Both the position numbers and the translations under genes were made by a program. 64,000 bases of DNA, from positions 1,600,001 through 1,664,000 of the forward strand of contig CAXXIA010000002.1 of the NCBI GenBank assembly GCA_963666985.2, written 5' to 3'. Positions 59,715-64,000 of the stretch are shown in pieces (the stretch's first letter is position 1; every line of letters starts with the position of its first letter). Below the pieces are notes generated by a model that saw nothing but the letters and a program-made list of their open reading frames with translations, made no database searches and was not told where the DNA came from. The stretch comes from Spirochaetia bacterium. GTDB taxonomy: Bacteria; Spirochaetota; Spirochaetia; DSM-2461.

Positions 59715-61106
59715 CATCTCGGTACTGGAATTCACAATCCACTTTTCATGGGTTATTTCAAATCTCTTTATTTTGTAATTAAGAACTCTCGGTGAAATAT
59801 TCAGCAATGCGGCCGCTTTCTTTTGAACCCACCCTGTGGCTTCCAACGCCTGGATAATCAGAGAGCGTTCAACCTCTTCCAAATGAATTCCCTCTTCCGG
59901 AATAACGAAAGGAGAATTTGAGATATTCGGCTGCTTTTCAAGTTCATCGGATTTTTCCAATCCCAAATCGGAAATGCTTACAAATTCTTCCTCCGCAAAG
60001 AGCACCGCTCTTTCAACGCAATTCTTTAATTCCCGGATATTCCCCGGCCAAGAATGACGCGTTAATACATCTTCGGCTCTATATTCAAACCCGAGAATGT
60101 ATCGATTCATCGAGGATGAAAACTTCCCAAGAAAATGCCTGGCCAAAGGCAGGATATCTTCCGTTCTCGACCGTAAAGGCGGCAGATGAAAGGAAACAAC
60201 ATTGAGCCGATAAAAGAGATCCTCACGAAAACGACCGGATTTAATTTCTTCCTGAAGATTTTTGTTCGTCGCTGAAATAACACGAACATCAACTTTGATT
60301 GTTCGATTACTCCCGACACGTTCGAACTCTTGCTCCTGCAAGACTCGAAGAACTTTTGCCTGCGTCCGAAGACTCATGTCCCCAATCTCATCGAGAAAAA
60401 TCGTCCCTCCGTTCGCCTGCTCGAACCTTCCCTGACGACTGTTGACGGCTCCTGTAAAAGCGCCTTTCTCATGCCCAAAAAGTTCCGTTTCCAATAAATC
60501 CTCATGCAGGGCGGCGCAGTTTACACGGACAAAGGCATGTTTCCGTCGAAGACTGTTATAATGAATTACGCCGGCGATAACTTCCTTTCCGGTTCCCGAT
60601 TCACCTAAAAGAAGAACGCTCGAATCACTTCGGGCGACTTTGTTAACCCCTTTGAGAATTTCCTGAAATTCGGGGCTGTGACCGACCAAATCCCCGCTCC
60701 AATAGATTAAATCCCTATCTCCCCTGAGGTTTTGTGTTTCTAATTTTAATCGTTTATAGCGAACCGCCGTTTCTACTCTGTTATAGAGACTCCCGAGCTT
60801 ATAGGGCTTCGTAAGAGCATCGAATCCTCCCTGGTGCACTAAGGAAACGGCATTGGCCGTAAAATCTTCATCATGAACCAGAATGGACATAATTTCCTCG
60901 TTATCGTCCAGAAAACTCTTAACGGCATTATCTTTCATTCCGCCATCAATATCGATTACGGCAACATCAAAGAGGCTCTTTTGAGTAAGAGTTCGAGCCT
61001 CTTCCAATGTTTTCGCCGTTGATACGGAATAGCCGTCCAAAGAGAAAAAGCTGGTAAGACGTCTTTGCTGATCCGCATCCGCGGAAATGACAAGAAGCGA
61101 ATTCAT
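59700..61106 (-). CDS. Sigma54-dependent Fis-family transcriptional activator with atypical receiver domain
   Basis: GESGTGKE, ELFGHEKGAFTGA, FLDEIG, FREDLFYRL, WPGNIREL, C-terminal HTH. Confidence 0.93.
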   Translation of the reverse strand: MNSLLVISADADQQRRLTSFFSLDGYSVSTAKTLEEARTLTQKSLFDVAVIDIDGGMKDNAVKSFLDDNEEIMSILVHDEDFTANAVSLVHQGGFDALTKPYKLGSLYNRVETAVRYKRLKLETQNLRGDRDLIYWSGDLVGHSPEFQEILKGVNKVARSDSSVLLLGESGTGKEVIAGVIHYNSLRRKHAFVRVNCAALHEDLLETELFGHEKGAFTGAVNSRQGRFEQANGGTIFLDEIGDMSLRTQAKVLRVLQEQEFERVGSNRTIKVDVRVISATNKNLQEEIKSGRFREDLFYRLNVVSFHLPPLRSRTEDILPLARHFLGKFSSSMNRYILGFEYRAEDVLTRHSWPGNIRELKNCVERAVLFAEEEFVSISDLGLEKSDELEKQPNISNSPFVIPEEGIHLEEVERSLIIQALEATGWVQKKAAALLNISPRVLNYKIKRFEITHEKWIVNSSTEMNTDL

Positions 61107-61324
61107 TTCGCCAATAACTTTATAGACACCCGAATAACAATCTCAACCTTCAATACTATTCTGAACTAAAATAACACTTAAGATGGCGGATATCCATGAA
61201 AGTCTTGTTTTTTTACAGTTCTATTTGTGTTTTCTCTGTTGGTAATTTATAACAATGTGATATTTTTTATAATAAGTTTCATCTTTTTTACTCTTTCAGT
61301 TGGTGTTACTTAAGGATATACATC

Positions 61325-62506
61325 ATGGCTAGAAAACTTTCCTTTGGAGCTGCTGCGGCTCTAATAACGGCATTAATCGTCCTCGCCTGCTCCGATCCTT
61401 CCGGTCTGCATTCGACGATTACGTTATATCCGGAAAATCCCGATTCCGAACCTTACGATTCCGACGATCCTTATGATTTTCCGGACGGCGTAAGTTATAT
61501 GGTCTATGCGAATGTGGAAAACACCATCTATCGTTTCGCCATCGACGACTCTTCTGTGGACGGCTGTGACGTCGTCGCCGAAAATGTGGATTCCCGAAAC
61601 CCAATCTTTTCGGTCTCGGAAGATAATAAATACATCGCTTTCACACGAAGTACCGATGAAGACGGAAATTCGGGATATTTCCTCGTTGTAAAAAATCTGG
61701 ACTCCGATACGGAAACTTACGTCGTAAAAACGACCTCCACTCAGTCCCTTTATCGGGAATTCCTCATTGCCGGAAATAATCTTGTTTTCTCCAATGAGGG
61801 ATACCTTGAAAGCCGGCCCCTCGCTTCCGCCGAGACCGACGAATCATCGGTAGACATTAACCAAGACAGAACAAACCAAATTTACTGCAGCCACACCCTT
61901 AATTACGGTTACGATGGATACCTCACCTTCCTCGAACAAAGTTCTGTTGAAGAAGTCACCGCCATAGTCCACCTACTTCCCTACGATGCCTCAACTCCCG
62001 AACCCGCGAGTTGCGAAACGCCGACCCTTACCTATGAAAATAAAGTCTTTTCATCCCAGGTTTATCCGGTTAATTTCGAAAACAGAGGCCTCATGGCCCT
62101 TGCTTCTCCGGATACAGCCGGTAATGCAATCCAAAATAATTTCGGTGGCGGCCAAAAAGAAGATACTGTTCTTTGCGACGATACAACAGCGGTGGAATTT
62201 AATAAAATCTACCAAACGCCGCTTGGAACCTGGAATTTTCTGTACGGCGGCGATTCGGTGTATTGGTTTAAGAGCGCAGATCGGACCGCTACCGGTGATT
62301 TATCTGTTTCCGGGCGGGATTTCGCCTCGGATATCGAATGGATAAAAGCCACACCGGATGAAGATTACGTTCTGATGCAGGATACTCATGGTATTTGGGT
62401 GTACCAATACGATGAAAGTCAGGATTCTTTCGACCAGCTCTACTGCACCTATGAATGGCTGAACCAAGAAGATGAGGTTCTTTGGATAGAAATTACCGAC
62501 AATTAA
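61325..62506 (+). CDS. Acidic lipoprotein, possible beta-propeller
   Basis: Lipobox VLAC; SVSEDNKYIAF and ATPDEDYVL TolB-like repeats. Confidence 0.55.
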   Translation: MARKLSFGAAAALITALIVLACSDPSGLHSTITLYPENPDSEPYDSDDPYDFPDGVSYMVYANVENTIYRFAIDDSSVDGCDVVAENVDSRNPIFSVSEDNKYIAFTRSTDEDGNSGYFLVVKNLDSDTETYVVKTTSTQSLYREFLIAGNNLVFSNEGYLESRPLASAETDESSVDINQDRTNQIYCSHTLNYGYDGYLTFLEQSSVEEVTAIVHLLPYDASTPEPASCETPTLTYENKVFSSQVYPVNFENRGLMALASPDTAGNAIQNNFGGGQKEDTVLCDDTTAVEFNKIYQTPLGTWNFLYGGDSVYWFKSADRTATGDLSVSGRDFASDIEWIKATPDEDYVLMQDTHGIWVYQYDESQDSFDQLYCTYEWLNQEDEVLWIEITDN

Positions 62507-62565
62507 TGCTATCCTCAAAGGCCTGTAGAAAAACTCATTGAATAAGAAGGCCTGGATATACCTTT

Positions 62566-63009
62566 ATGCTGTTCGGTAACAAAGAGAATACAAGCGCCGA
62601 GGATTTCTGGCGAAGCAAAGAAGAAGAACTCGGGGAACCGGTCCTTGGAAAAACACTGGGCCGAATCACCGGAGAAAAAAACTCCGTACCCATTTGGGGC
62701 TTGTTTTACACCACGGCCAAAGCCGTCTATTTCCAAACCTTCGAATCCCAGAACTGGCTGTCGATGATCTTCTCAGGCGGAAAAGCCGGCAGCCGAACAA
62801 AAAACGAAACGCTGGAAATCATGGAAAAAGACATCCGGGTCTTTGCCGTCCGGTCCCAAAAAGGCGGATTGCTGCGCTTCATGCGCCAGCCGCCGCAGAT
62901 TGAACTGATCTGGACGAATCCCATAACAGGCAATACGTCGGAAATGCTCTTCGACATGGAAGGCGACGCCGAAGCCTTCGTGGCCACATTGCCCAGAACA
63001 ACCGGCTGA
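62566..63009 (+). CDS. Hypothetical protein
   Basis: 147-aa ORF with backbone-like codon usage; no recognised motif. Confidence 0.55.
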   Translation: MLFGNKENTSAEDFWRSKEEELGEPVLGKTLGRITGEKNSVPIWGLFYTTAKAVYFQTFESQNWLSMIFSGGKAGSRTKNETLEIMEKDIRVFAVRSQKGGLLRFMRQPPQIELIWTNPITGNTSEMLFDMEGDAEAFVATLPRTTG

Positions 63010-63102
63010 CCGGTACCGCACCGCTTAGGCGCACAGCTGCCCCTGAAATCCGCCTCTCCGTTTAAAACCCGCCGCCCCAAACTCCGCCGATTTCTCCCGC
63101 GC

Positions 63103-63744
63103 TCACCCGTGACGCCGATCCAGCTCCCCCAGAACATCCGCCCAGCTCAAATCCGAAGCCTCCAGAAGAACCAGAAGGTGGTAAACCAAATCCGCCGCCT
63201 CGTAAACAACATCCTTCGGCTCCCTGGCCAGCAGCAGCTCCACGGCCTCCTCGCCCGCCTTCTTCCGAATCTTGTCCAACCCCTTTTCAAACAAAAGCGT
63301 CGTGTACGACCCCTCCGGCATGCTCTCTCTTCGCTCAGCAATAACATCCGCCAGTTTTTGGATGACCCCCGAGGGCCCGCCCTCGGGGTCGAAGCGGCCC
63401 TTCATGCCGGCCCCGTCATCCGGTCCGGCATCTCTTCCGATACCCCCGTTCATGGCCGAACGGTCGTCGGGATCAATCACCGGCGGAAGGGCCGGGCCGA
63501 ACGGCTGCGAAACAGCCCCCTCGGGCAGAACCAAATCGAATCGGCCCGGCCCTTCACTCAGCGATACAAACACAGGGTCGCCGGGCCAGCTTAAAACCCT
63601 GCCCGTGGCCGGATGAACCACCCAGGGAACGCCCGTTTCCAGACTCTTCCTGTAAGCCTTTCGGTTCATCAAAGCCGCGGCCGCCGCCTTCTCTCCGGAA
63701 CCGAAACGAACCAGAACCGGCCAGGCGACATCGTTCGTGCTCAT
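63103..63744 (-). CDS. hisE: Phosphoribosyl-ATP diphosphatase with degenerate HisI-like N-terminus
   Basis: PEGSYTTLLFEKGLDKIRKKAGEEAVE...EAADLVYHLLVLL. Confidence 0.9.
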   Translation of the reverse strand: MSTNDVAWPVLVRFGSGEKAAAAALMNRKAYRKSLETGVPWVVHPATGRVLSWPGDPVFVSLSEGPGRFDLVLPEGAVSQPFGPALPPVIDPDDRSAMNGGIGRDAGPDDGAGMKGRFDPEGGPSGVIQKLADVIAERRESMPEGSYTTLLFEKGLDKIRKKAGEEAVELLLAREPKDVVYEAADLVYHLLVLLEASDLSWADVLGELDRRHG

Positions 63745-64000
63745 CGCGTTCCTCCTAAGAGGCCGACCGCTTCCTTTAAATCGATACAGCCTTCATAAAG
63801 AGCCTTACCGAAAATCACGCCGGTCACACCCTCCGGAGGATCCGCCGCCAGGGAGCGAAGATCGTCCATGCCGCTTACGCCGCCGGAAATCACCACGGGC
63901 AGACCCGAAGCCTTGGCCACAGCGACCGTCTCCGGAACATTCGGACCCGTCAGAGTTCCGTCCCGGGAAATGTCGGTATAGATAATCTCCGCCATTCCGA
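63741..64000 (-). CDS. hisA: ProFAR isomerase, 3' part only
   Basis: IIYTDISRDGTLTGPN, VVISGGVS, GVIFGKALYEG; upstream of hisE. Confidence 0.9.
   Translation of the reverse strand, partial: GMAEIIYTDISRDGTLTGPNVPETVAVAKASGLPVVISGGVSGMDDLRSLAADPPEGVTGVIFGKALYEGCIDLKEAVGLLGGTR

Noticed and set aside
59700..61106. FleQ-type c-di-GMP-binding activator, or PrsR of a PEP-CTERM system
   Set aside because: FleQ c-di-GMP contact motifs not recognisable by eye; no exosortase, PrsK or PEP-CTERM tail seen in the window
1..64000. CRISPR array, tRNA/rRNA, integrase/transposase, phosphopantetheinyl transferase
   Set aside because: Looked for and not seen by eye; absence of small RNAs should be confirmed with tRNAscan-SE/Infernal

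Overview
Bacterial chromosomal window, most consistent with an anaerobic spirochaete (inferred from gene content, not proven). A GC-rich housekeeping backbone (about 3.9-26 kb and 62.5-64 kb) carries an esterase, a LysM protein, RluA, a NusG-II/Gx trio, an acyltransferase, an aminotransferase, nfnAB, a LacI-controlled sugar ABC transporter and hisA/hisE. Three visibly AT-richer blocks interrupt it: a Crp/Fnr + NitT/TauT ABC + cupin cassette (1-3.8 kb), an isolated sulfotransferase (17.9-18.9 kb) and a ~36 kb Wzx/Wzy-type exopolysaccharide island (26.7-62.5 kb). The island is the highlight for three reasons. (i) It embeds a one-gene hybrid NRPS-PKS (A[Ser-type code]-T-KS-AT[malonyl]-ACP-degenerate C-TE), 14 nt from a lipoprotein esterase on one side and 14 nt from a membrane acyltransferase on the other, suggesting an assembly line that makes an acyl decoration for the polysaccharide. 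(ii) Both priming phosphoglycosyl transferases carry an N-terminal catalytically dead GGDEF-like domain with an intact RxxD I-site, and a third stand-alone copy leads the export operon, suggesting c-di-GMP gating of EPS initiation. (iii) A sigma54 activator sits beside two -24/-12 promoters that share a palindromic upstream site at an identical 72-bp offset. No rRNA, tRNA, CRISPR array, integrase or transposase was seen; one MITE-like element lies at 5.7-5.9 kb. All calls are from motif reading by eye, with no database searches.
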